Source of the DNA: Candidatus Woesearchaeota archaeon
GTDB taxonomy: Archaea; Nanobdellota; Nanobdellia; Woesearchaeales; JAGWAF01
Direction of reading: 5' to 3'
Length of the DNA: 36,228 bases
NCBI GenBank assembly: GCA_016211165.1
Contig: JACQSU010000003.1
Coordinates: 1-36,228, forward strand
The notes under the pieces are model-generated. The model was given only the letters and a program-made list of their open reading frames with translations. It had not been told where the DNA came from and did no database searches. The translations under genes and the position numbers were made by a program. Shown here one piece after another: positions 6,978 through 14,462 of the stretch. Numbering within the stretch: position 1 is the stretch's first letter; each line of letters starts with the position of its first letter.

Positions 6978-8054
6978 ATGTACCCAATTCCACGTGGATT
7001 TGTGATCTTGCCGGAATCCCCGCAGAGTCTGGATGATGTTCTTAACGCTACCGAAATTCGGATGGCTCCGGGCCAAGCAAAGGCTGTTACATTCGAAGAG
7101 TTGCAGTCAAAAGGGTACTATGGTGGCGTGCGCGAGCAACTCAAGGCAAAGCTCGGGCGCGACCTTCAGCCAGGTGATGAGAAATTGGTATCTCGTGATT
7201 TTAACACCGCGCTTGAAGAACGACTCAATTGGGCAGTGGCCAATAAAGAAATCAATAAGGGCCAGTTCGATGACCGCAAACTGCGATTTGCAGGTTATGA
7301 GAAGGATGGTTCCCAAATCACGCTGTATTTCGGTCCAAGTCACTTTGAGGAACACGTCGCTTCCAATGTGAAGTCGATCAACGATCTTGAATTCCGCAAA
7401 CAACTCTTGGACAAGGGCGTTTCCGAATACAAAGACCAGTTTGCGTATTATGCTGGAAATCTTGCTCTCAATTGTGTCATTGTTACGTCTGAACCCGATG
7501 GCTCCGAGAAGGTGCTCGTTGGATTGCGTGCTCCATCACAACGGTTGTACCCAGGCTTCTGGCACAATGTAGGCGGCTTTGCTGATTCCGCTTCGATCTT
7601 GCCACTTCTGCAAAGTGGGGATAGCAAAGGTGTGCGCGAGGCATTCACAAACGCGATGCGCAGGGAACTCTTGGAAGAAGCGACTGTCACCCAGGATGAC
7701 GTGATCCAGATTCGCGAGATCGGGTTGTCGTACGGCTGGAGTTCTTTTGATATAAATTACATGGCCAAGATCAAGAGTTCAGCTGAGCATGTGTGCACTA
7801 AAGGTCACTTCAAAGGCAAGGACAAGGGCGAGCACTCCGGTTTTGTAGGTCTCACATTTGATGATCTTGTTGCCGTGCTTGCAGGAGACAAGGTCCTTGA
7901 TGTCAAGCAAGGGGCGGTTCCAAGGTCGGGCGGTGTGGGACCCAGTGACTTTGTGCCGATTGGTATGGCAGGATTGCTTACCTATGTTGGACTAAAAGAC
8001 CAGGCGAAGCTCCAATACATCTTAAGCAAACCGCAATATCAGAATTTAGAATAA
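6978..8054 (+). CDS. Nudix-fold hydrolase with a large N-terminal domain
   Basis: Degenerate Nudix box GGFADSA...REAFTNAMRRELLEEATV (the REx2EE part is clear). ATG at 6978 is preceded by CTTTTTATG about 27 nt upstream, so I prefer it to the track start at GTG 6912. Confidence 0.6.
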   Translation: MYPIPRGFVILPESPQSLDDVLNATEIRMAPGQAKAVTFEELQSKGYYGGVREQLKAKLGRDLQPGDEKLVSRDFNTALEERLNWAVANKEINKGQFDDRKLRFAGYEKDGSQITLYFGPSHFEEHVASNVKSINDLEFRKQLLDKGVSEYKDQFAYYAGNLALNCVIVTSEPDGSEKVLVGLRAPSQRLYPGFWHNVGGFADSASILPLLQSGDSKGVREAFTNAMRRELLEEATVTQDDVIQIREIGLSYGWSSFDINYMAKIKSSAEHVCTKGHFKGKDKGEHSGFVGLTFDDLVAVLAGDKVLDVKQGAVPRSGGVGPSDFVPIGMAGLLTYVGLKDQAKLQYILSKPQYQNLE

Positions 8055-8074
8055 CTCTCCTAATCTCTATCAAA

Positions 8075-9055
8075 ATGAAGGAACAAGTTCGGGTGAATTC
8101 GGCGCATCCCGCACTCACAAAAGATGTTGTCTTTGAGACAACGCATGCAGTTGTGAGTTCATTTCAAAAACTCCGTCCATATCTTGGTCGTCGATGGGAC
8201 GTCATCGGCAAGGATGATGGCGTGGATATGAAGTCCCAGTTTGATCAGCCCTTAGAAGAAGCTGTGAAGGCTCGTCTCGAAAAAACAACTGGTATTCCCT
8301 GTGTTGGTGAAGAGCTTGGTGGCGATCTTGCCGCAAAGCTGCGCTTTGATGTTGACATTATCGACGGCACGCCTAATGCTGGCGATGAGATGGACTGTTG
8401 GGGAATGATCACCAGTCTTAATGATAATGTGACTGGTCTTGTCACTGCGGCATATCTTCCGAAAAGGGGTGAGTTCTATCTTGCTGTGAAAGGCATGGGC
8501 GCGTATATGTTTGACTTGTCTCATGATCATGTTGATGCAACATCGGAAGGTCTCGCTAAGAAGATTGTCGATACACTCTTTACTGAACCGAACCCGTCTC
8601 TCCTAACTGCAACTCGACTGCAAGTCCATAGTATGAGACATCTTCCTCCTAAAGAGGGCGAAAAAAAGTACCAACCATTCAAGAGATTCCATGTTTCAGA
8701 AGATCTTGGTTATGAAGGCAGGGATTGGAAACTGCGCATGATTGCAAACTATGCTAACGACGTAAAGTATATGCCTATCTTCGGTTCGATCTTGTACAGT
8801 CTTTGCATGATTGCAAAGGGAAATCTCCAAGGCCACATAGCATTTGACGTGGGACGTAATGACACGAATCACTTTGCATTGATGCAAGAGTCAGGAATGG
8901 TGTTCTCAAATGGTAAGGGTGATCCATTCACCATGGATTCGAGAACACTTGTAGTAGCCAATTGCGAGGAGTTCCGAAAGTTCCTTGTTGAGCGGATTAA
9001 CCAGCCGTTTGATCCGCTTTATATTGTGCCTCAAAATGGCAAGTACTGGTATTAA
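8075..9055 (+). CDS. inositol monophosphatase / FBPase / CysQ superfamily phosphatase-like protein
   Basis: 326 aa. CVGEELGG...FDVDIIDGTPNAGDEMDCWGMITSL corresponds to the EE...DP(I/L)DGT metal-binding motifs. C-terminal ...IAKGNLQGHIAF...ALMQESGMVFSNGKGDPF fits the fold, with the WD motif changed to ND. Confidence 0.7.
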   Translation: MKEQVRVNSAHPALTKDVVFETTHAVVSSFQKLRPYLGRRWDVIGKDDGVDMKSQFDQPLEEAVKARLEKTTGIPCVGEELGGDLAAKLRFDVDIIDGTPNAGDEMDCWGMITSLNDNVTGLVTAAYLPKRGEFYLAVKGMGAYMFDLSHDHVDATSEGLAKKIVDTLFTEPNPSLLTATRLQVHSMRHLPPKEGEKKYQPFKRFHVSEDLGYEGRDWKLRMIANYANDVKYMPIFGSILYSLCMIAKGNLQGHIAFDVGRNDTNHFALMQESGMVFSNGKGDPFTMDSRTLVVANCEEFRKFLVERINQPFDPLYIVPQNGKYWY

Positions 9056-9251
9056 TCGCTTCGCGCATCTTCTCGGCATCGCCTGGCTCAAGGATTCCCA
9101 CGAGATCAAAGAGGGAATATTTCCCAAACTCTTTTTTGATGACATCTGAAAAAGATTCCTTGCCCTCCTTCCGAGCTGCAAGCATTCGGTACGTCTCGTC
9201 AGTTATCGTGATAGTCCGTGTAGCCACATTGATCTGGTATGTGTACATCAA
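8997..9251 (-). CDS. VapB-type antitoxin (archaeal PF02697-like), orphan
   Basis: RTITITDETYRMLAARKEGKESFSDVIKKEF...LVGILEPGDAEKMREAI matches the tItIsdevY...K...eSFSdvI...G.l..ee.e.m pattern. No PIN gene follows. Its last 59 nt overlap the convergent IMPase-like gene. Confidence 0.6.
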   Translation of the reverse strand: MMYTYQINVATRTITITDETYRMLAARKEGKESFSDVIKKEFGKYSLFDLVGILEPGDAEKMREAINTSTCHFEAQYKADQTAG

Positions 9252-9267
9252 TTTAAGTCTTTCGTCA

Positions 9268-9299
9268 GGGGTTTAAAAGGGGGTGAAACCCCCTTTTTT
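9268..9299. repeat. G4-hairpin element (family copy)
   Basis: GGGGTTTAAAAGGGGGTGAAACCCCCTTTTTTG. It lies between divergent genes, so it is not at a gene 3' end. Confidence 0.8.
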
Positions 9300-9304
9300 G
9301 TAAT

Positions 9305-9322
9305 AACCTTTTTATAAAGGTT
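9305..9322 (+). promoter_or_regulatory. palindromic TATA region upstream of the thermosome gene
   Basis: AACCTTT-TTAT-AAAGGTT, with 7-bp arms around a TTTTTATAAA TATA-like core, about 85 nt upstream of ATG 9402. GGAGGG Shine-Dalgarno at 9381-9386. Confidence 0.4.
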
Positions 9323-9401
9323 CCATATCCCCGGCGCTGCTGGGGCGGAATGCGGTCCCCAGACCTACAAACTACTACAACATACCACGGAGGGAATTAA
9401 T

Positions 9402-11045
9402 ATGCCACAACAAGTACAGCCCATCTTCATTTTGCCAGAAGGCACCACCAAGACTAGTGGTCGTACTGCGCAGAAGCTCAATATCGAGGCGGCCAAACTC
9501 GTCGCTGACCAGGTCCGCACTACATTAGGTCCAAAGGGCATGGACAAGATGATTGTTGACTCCTTGGGCGACATCACCATTACAAATGACGGTGTCACGA
9601 TTCTTCAAGAGATGAATATCGAGCATCCTACTGCGAAGATGATTGTGGAGATCGCAAAAACCCAGGAGGCTGAAGTCGGAGACGGTACAACGACAGCGGT
9701 TATTCTTGCTGGCGAGCTTCTCAAGAATGCCGAAGGCCTCTTAGAGCAAAACGTTCACCCGACCATCGTGGCTAAGGGTTTTATCCTTGCCGAAGCGAAA
9801 TCGCAAGAAGTCCTCAACAAGATCGCGGAAGACTGCTCGATTAAGGACAAAGCGCTTCTCAAAAACATCGCAATAACTGCGATGACAGGAAAGTCTGCCG
9901 AGTCTCATAAGGATTATCTTGCGGATCTTATCGTGACCGCTGTGACAAGTGTCGCTGAAGAGCACAACAGCAAGCTCTCTGTTGACCTCACGAACATCAA
10001 GCTTGAAAAGAAAGTCGGTGGCGGCATTCACGATACAGAACTTGTGCAGGGTATCGTGCTTGATAAGGAGCGCGTGCATCCAGGTATGCCAACGCAAGTC
10101 AAGAATGCCAAGATCGCGATATTGGATTGTGCGATTGAGGTCAAGGACACCGAGACTGACGCAAAGATTCAGATTACTGACCCAAGGCAGATTCAGGCGT
10201 TCATTGATCAAGAGGAAAAGATGATTATGGATAAGGTCAATAAGATTCTCGCGTCAGGTGCGAATGTGGTCTTTTGTCAAAAGGGTATTGATGATACAGC
10301 GCAGTATTTTCTTGCAAAGAATGGAGTCTATGCAGCCCGCAGGGTCGCAAAGTCAGATCTTGAGAAGCTTGGCAAGGCTACAGGCGCCAATATTGTCACA
10401 AGTCTAAAAGAGCTCGCGGCAAAGGATCTTGGAAACGCAGGTTTTGTTGAGGAGATCAAGTTTGGCGATGAGCAGATGACTGCTGTTCGGGATTGCAAGA
10501 ATCCAAAGGCAGTGACGGTCCTTGTTCGGGGCGGCACCGAGCATGTTGTTGCGGAGATTAAGCGCACGCTCACCGATGGCATTGGTGATGTCCGATCAGC
10601 ATTGATGTCCGGTAAGGTGGTTGCTGGCGCTGGTTCTGTTGAGATCGAGCTTGCAAAGCACCTTCGCAAATACGCAGATTCGCTTGAGGGAAAAGAACAG
10701 CTTGCTGTGATAGCATTTGCCAATGCAGTCGAAGTCGTGCCGCGCACGCTTGCCGAATCTGCTGGTCTTGACCCGATTGACAAGCTTGCCGAGCTCAAGT
10801 CTGCTCATGACAAGGGCCAAAGATGGGCTGGCATCGATGTGTTCACTGGCAAGGTTCGCGATGCGTGGAAGGCTAATGTGATTGAGCCGCTTAAGATTAA
10901 GACGCAGGCAATCAAGTCCGCTTCTGAAGTCGCGACGATGATCCTGCGCATTGACGATGTCTTTGCTGGCGGCAGGAACTCTGGCGCTGGTATGCCTGCT
11001 CCCCGTGGGGGAATGGGCGGTATGCCAGGCATGGACATGATGTGA
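9402..11045 (+). CDS. ths: thermosome subunit (group II chaperonin)
   Basis: 547 aa. [37 protein letters not shown] and VAGAGSVE motifs, plus a C-terminal [12 protein letters not shown] tail. Confidence 0.97.
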   Translation: MPQQVQPIFILPEGTTKTSGRTAQKLNIEAAKLVADQVRTTLGPKGMDKMIVDSLGDITITNDGVTILQEMNIEHPTAKMIVEIAKTQEAEVGDGTTTAVILAGELLKNAEGLLEQNVHPTIVAKGFILAEAKSQEVLNKIAEDCSIKDKALLKNIAITAMTGKSAESHKDYLADLIVTAVTSVAEEHNSKLSVDLTNIKLEKKVGGGIHDTELVQGIVLDKERVHPGMPTQVKNAKIAILDCAIEVKDTETDAKIQITDPRQIQAFIDQEEKMIMDKVNKILASGANVVFCQKGIDDTAQYFLAKNGVYAARRVAKSDLEKLGKATGANIVTSLKELAAKDLGNAGFVEEIKFGDEQMTAVRDCKNPKAVTVLVRGGTEHVVAEIKRTLTDGIGDVRSALMSGKVVAGAGSVEIELAKHLRKYADSLEGKEQLAVIAFANAVEVVPRTLAESAGLDPIDKLAELKSAHDKGQRWAGIDVFTGKVRDAWKANVIEPLKIKTQAIKSASEVATMILRIDDVFAGGRNSGAGMPAPRGGMGGMPGMDMM

Positions 11046-11062
11046 AAAGGGGGCCGCGCCCC
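11046..11062. terminator. GC hairpin between the convergent thermosome and prs genes
   Basis: AAAGGGGGCCGCGCCCC, immediately after the thermosome stop and 4 nt before the frameshift-corrected prs stop. Confidence 0.35.
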
Positions 11063-11066
11063 ATGC

Positions 11067-12183
11067 TCACATAAATTCGGGTGGAATTGGCGGCAAGAAG
11101 TAGTCTTTGATGTTTGATTCTCCCGCGAGAGCCCGTTGTTCATTGCGCTGCATTGATTCGGTGAGGCTGTTGCCCACATGGTTGCACAGAATCGCGTCAC
11201 CCACGTATTTCGTGAGTCTCATCGTGCGCAACCAAGGGCGCGCAAGAGAACGGTACTCTGGTATCCGTGGCGAGGAGTCTGTTGTGACAACCTCGGATGT
11301 TCGCCTCAAAGAGTCGTTGTTCTGGCACAGGCTGCCCGGGTCGCCTGTTGAAGAGTCCGTGTGTAGCCATGGCATAGACTCTGGGGAGCGCGCCATTTTT
11401 GCGAAGCAGTTCAGCGCATGAGATTAGTGTTCCTCCTGTGCCAATCATATCCTCGATAAGCACGGCTGTTTTCCCCTTGACATCGCCGATGAATCGGAGT
11501 GCTTGTGATCCTCCAGATTGATGGATTTTTTCGATGACCGCAAGTCCAACGCCTAGGTGATCGGCGTAATCTCGCGTTCGGGGCAAGGCTCCGGCATCGG
11601 CGGCGACTGTGACGACGTTGTCTTTTTGTCGCAGGGTAGGGTGGTTCTTAGAATACATCAGCCAGAGGGGACGTGCGGTGAGTTCATCAACTGGGTAATT
11701 GGTGAAACCCATAATCGCTCGGACATGCATGTCGACGGATATAAGCCTTGCAGGAACAGGCGCAATGCTGTTAAAAATCTCATCGATGATTAGTTTTGCC
11801 GTGATTGGTTCGCGTCCGCTGGTCTTGCGCTCTTGTCGCAGGTAAGGGATATAGGGGAGTACATTGGTGATTTCTCTGGCGCCTGCTCGTCGGAGGGAGT
11901 CATTGACAATTTTAAGTTCCATGTAGTCTTTGTGAAAATCGTGTCCAAGCTCGCTTGCTTCCTGGCTAAAGAGATGGACGACGCATAGGCGTTTTCCGCG
12001 GACACTCTCCTGGCTGACAGGAAATACTTCTCCGCCGGCGAACTCCGTGATGCTAAATTGTGCAACGTGCACTTTTCCTTCCCTGCGGGCGTATTCCCCA
12101 AGGTTGACTTTTTCAATGAGGTCTGTGACGAATTCCCGGGCGGCCCTGCAAGACACGATGACCAAATCGTCCAGGCTGCCCAT
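11067..12183 (-). CDS. prs: ribose-phosphate pyrophosphokinase (PRPP synthase) with an apparent 1-nt frameshift near 11291-11300
   Basis: Frame 1 carries ...PYIPYLRQERK..., VTVAADAGAL, GKTAVLIEDMIGTGGTL and ATHGLF, then degenerates. The expected C-terminus (EVVTTDSSP...LTKYVGDAILCNHVGNSLTESM) continues in the ORF 11067-11396. The likely start is MGSLDDLVIV at 12183, because a TTTATATA box sits at 12273-12280. Confidence 0.85.
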
Positions 12184-12369
12184 GCGGCAGGGTGTCTGCA
12201 AACTCGCATTTATCCCTTTCGTCGTCCCTGTGTTGTAATACTGGGAATTGGGTTCCGCCTTTTTTCGATGCATTTATATACCATCAATATACTAAATTGT
12301 ATACTCGTATCAAGTGGAATGAAGATAATGTAATAATGTATATTGGTGCGGGAAACAAGAGGTGTGATA

Positions 12370-12879
12370 GTGGCGCAAGAGCAGAGATCTGTGCTTGAAC
12401 CTAATGACGAGTACGAAATTCTCCCCCATAAAGAGATTCACGAGCTGCGCGATCAGCTCAATCGATTAAAAGAGCGTCCTACTGAGCGCACGCTCCAGCT
12501 TGCGCTTGCTGAGTCGACGGCAAAGACGGATCGTCTTATCAACATCTTCGAAGAAGCCCTGACCATGATTAAGGTTGAGGAGGGTTCGCTCTCATTTACA
12601 GAGAAGCTTCGACCCTTGATGCAGAAGATGGATACAATTCTTGAGCAGAATTCTGAGATTGCCACCGGCCTTGTCGGCATCCACGACATTCTTGCTGATG
12701 TCAAAGAACAAGTGGATGTGCTTAAGAAAAAGCAGGATGAGCGTCCTGTTGCTCCTGTGAGTTCCTTTGGCGGATTTCCCAGTGCTGGTTTGATGTCGCC
12801 TGGGGGTCCAGCAATTCCTGGTGTGCAGGGTGTTCCTGCCTTTGCGCCGTTTCCCCCGCCTCCCCCGCCGAGGAAGTGA
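12370..12879 (+). CDS. coiled-coil protein with a Pro-rich C-terminal tail, function unknown
   Basis: No ATG near the 5' end. GTG at 12370 is preceded by GAGGTG. Heptad-like helical middle region, ending ...PGVQGVPAFAPFPPPPPPRK. Confidence 0.5.
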   Translation: MAQEQRSVLEPNDEYEILPHKEIHELRDQLNRLKERPTERTLQLALAESTAKTDRLINIFEEALTMIKVEEGSLSFTEKLRPLMQKMDTILEQNSEIATGLVGIHDILADVKEQVDVLKKKQDERPVAPVSSFGGFPSAGLMSPGGPAIPGVQGVPAFAPFPPPPPPRK

Positions 12880-12882
12880 ACA

Positions 12883-13467
12883 ATGTTCGGCGCTGATCGT
12901 GACAAGTCGCAATTCTTCTTTGTGCACCTCTTGGCAGCCGCACAGAGGCATGAGCGTAAAGTGGATGCCAGGGAGCGTCTTAAGACCCAGTTAGGCAAGC
13001 TAAAGGATCTCAAGCTTGACGATTCTATAAAACAGCAAATCGCGATTCTCGAGCGCAGTGTTAATGACGTGGTCAATACGGAGCGTCAAATCCTAAGAGT
13101 ACAAGATAGCGAGCGTCGCATTGACCAAGCTGTTGCGTATCGTCTTGGCGTGATGGAGCGCAAACTCGATGATTGGAAGAGTGTGCATAAGAAAAAGGAG
13201 CAGGCGCTAACTGATCTTGAGAAGCGCATTGACGCGCGGCTCAAGAAGACGCGGGTCGTTCGTAATGAACTCCCTAATCGAAATAGTGAGCAGAAATGGA
13301 AAGATATCGAACGTGCAGCGCAGGTGCGCAGGCTCAAGTCGGGTCTTGTTGCACTTGAGCGATTGTATCGTAATCTGTCGCATCAAAAGGGTGTATCTAA
13401 GGCAAAGCTTGCGCAAGTCGATAAGAGGATTAGGAGCATCAAATCGACTATCAAGAAAATGGAGTAA
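12883..13467 (+). CDS. basic coiled-coil protein, function unknown
   Basis: 194 aa, rich in K/R/E/L throughout. It starts 4 nt after the preceding stop, so the two genes are probably an operon pair. Confidence 0.5.
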   Translation: MFGADRDKSQFFFVHLLAAAQRHERKVDARERLKTQLGKLKDLKLDDSIKQQIAILERSVNDVVNTERQILRVQDSERRIDQAVAYRLGVMERKLDDWKSVHKKKEQALTDLEKRIDARLKKTRVVRNELPNRNSEQKWKDIERAAQVRRLKSGLVALERLYRNLSHQKGVSKAKLAQVDKRIRSIKSTIKKME

Positions 13468-13472
13468 CCTCA

Positions 13473-13518
13473 GAGAACTTTGAAAAATTCGCTTCCGGCT
13501 CATTTTTTCAAAGTTCTC
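13473..13518 (+). terminator. perfect 15-bp hairpin followed by a T-run
   Basis: GAGAACTTTGAAAAA-N16-TTTTTCAAAGTTCTC, starting 6 nt after the stop at 13467. A related hairpin follows ccdA at 19186-19233. Confidence 0.55.
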
Positions 13519-13554
13519 CTTTGCAGAAGTTACGTAGGGGTATATTTGGGGATG

Positions 13555-13596
13555 AAAAATCGTTTAAGCTCCGAAGGAGCATTAAACGATTTTTTG
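13555..13596. repeat. 17-bp-stem hairpin repeat (second copy at 29721-29759)
   Basis: AAAAATCGTTTAAGCTCCGAAGGAGCATTAAACGATTTTTT. It is nearly identical to the element directly after lemA. The right arm alone recurs at 19242-19255. Confidence 0.85.
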
Positions 13597-13630
13597 GGGG
13601 TTAGAAAGTGGGGCTTGCCCCCTTTTTTTT
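13596..13630. repeat. G4-hairpin element (family copy)
   Basis: GGGGGTTAGAAAGTGGGGCTTGCCCCCTTTTTTTT, between convergent genes. Confidence 0.75.
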
Positions 13631-13790
13631 AGAGGTCCTTTGCCATCACAGTGCGTCTGCCATTTGCTTGCGCTCGTGTGCATGCGTCTTTGATCACTTG
13701 TTCCACTTTTTGGTTGAGTGCATCAGAGAAATCAGATGCAACAGAGAGTTCACCTGCAAGGTCTTTGATCTTTGCTTTGACAATGAGCAC
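13629..13790 (-). CDS. DUF1931-type histone-fold-like small protein (not in the ORF track, 53 aa)
   Basis: My manual translation: (GTG)LIVKAKIKDLAGELSVASDFSDALNQKVEQVIKDACTRAQANGRRTVMAKDL-stop. It resembles the DUF1931 pattern ...vs.df.eaLnekve.li..A..rA.aNgRkTv...Dl. A TTATATA box lies about 20 nt upstream. Confidence 0.55.
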   Translation of the reverse strand: MLIVKAKIKDLAGELSVASDFSDALNQKVEQVIKDACTRAQANGRRTVMAKDL

Positions 13791-14023
13791 GGGTCTTGGC
13801 TGGTATATAAGGATTTAAGGGTTTCGCAAGATTGGGGACGCCCACAAGCGAGTGCTGTATATGCGCTCGGCGGCGGCTCCGCAGAGTCCCTAGGAATCTT
13901 TTCGTCTCCTATTTTTTTTATCTTAATCGATGAACATTGTTTTATGTATCTCTAATCCATAACGCATTAGTTATACCACTCCACAACGTTCCTAAAGGCA
14001 CAAAACGCCTTGGAGGTGTCGGT

Positions 14024-14194
14024 ATGGAGTGGTTCGAGGATGAAGACGAAGTTGGTGCATGGCATCATGAAGAACTGCGCTTGCGCTTGCGTGAGGAGCT
14101 TCTTAATGAATGGGAGCTTGGATATCTCGATGCGTACAAAAGAAGATGCGCCGGTGCGGGACGCAACAAAGGATTGTGTCATGAATTTTGTTGA
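14024..14194 (+). CDS. small acidic protein (56 aa) ending in Cys, unknown function
   Basis: Strong GGAGGTG 6 nt upstream of ATG 14024. MEWFEDEDEVGAWHHEELRLRLREELL...CAGAGRNKGLCHEFC-stop. Confidence 0.35.
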   Translation: MEWFEDEDEVGAWHHEELRLRLREELLNEWELGYLDAYKRRCAGAGRNKGLCHEFC

Positions 14195-14209
14195 AACTCC
14201 GTAAGACAG

Positions 14210-14262
14210 TTATAGCAAGTTGAGTTAATGTTGGAACTTTTGCGTCGGACTGTCACGAAGTG
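14210..14262. repeat. 53-bp repeat (second copy at 36027-36079)
   Basis: TTATAGCAAGTTGAGTTAATGTTGGAACTTTTGCGTCGGACTGTCACGAAGTG against TTATAGCAAATTGAGTTAATATTAGAACTTTGGTGTCTGGCTGTCGCGAAGCG, 44/53 identical by my count. Confidence 0.75.
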
Positions 14263-14267
14263 CATCT

Positions 14268-14316
14268 CGACTCAACTTGGACGCAAAAGTTCATATAATT
14301 CGTCAACTGCCTATAA
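14268..14316. repeat. short variant of the 65-bp repeat family
   Basis: CGACTCAACTTG...GTTCATATA...TCAACTGCCTATAA shares the blocks CGACTCAACTTG, GTTCATATA and TCAACTG(G/C)CTATAA, in the same order, with the copies at 2072 and 35279. Confidence 0.6.
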
Positions 14317-14329
14317 TTGATAGTGTTAA

Positions 14330-14462
14330 TGTGACTGTAAAAGTGGGGCGCAGCCCCTCTTTTCATATAATGCCAAGGATACGTCATGGTCTTGCGCCCG
14401 GCGCAAGACCTGACGAGGAGCACGGCGGAAGGGGTTCAAAATGGGGCCGTGCCCCCTTTTTT
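14330..14462 (+). ncRNA. candidate small structured RNA (speculative)
   Basis: A promoter-like TCAACTGCCTATAATT (14303-14318) is followed by three strong hairpins: GGGGCGCAGCCCC, GGTCTTGCGC-CCG-GCGCAAGACC at 14388-14410, and GGGGCCGTGCCCCC plus T6. No ORF with a start codon or SD. The hairpins may instead simply be terminators for the convergent gltX. Confidence 0.2.

Noticed and set aside
11197-12273. Taking the 358-aa track ORF as the intact prs gene.
   Set aside because: Its first 30 codons cover the TTTATATA promoter box and are not PRPP-synthase-like. Its last approx. 35 codons lose family similarity, while the +1-shifted ORF carries the expected C-terminus. The frameshift model fits better.
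13608-13955. A 115-aa plus-strand ORF.
   Set aside because: It starts inside a hairpin repeat and is antisense to the much better supported DUF1931 gene. It also crosses that gene's TATA box.
13473-14462. The clustered hairpin repeats could be a degenerate CRISPR array.
   Set aside because: The repeats belong to different sequence families, are not regularly spaced and have no uniform spacer lengths. No cas genes are present in the window.
14431-14462. GGGGTTCAAAAT in the G4 elements looks like a tRNA T-arm/T-loop.
   Set aside because: There is no complementary T-stem strand at the right spacing, and no acceptor, D or anticodon arms on either strand. The same holds for the copies at 9268 and 21581.
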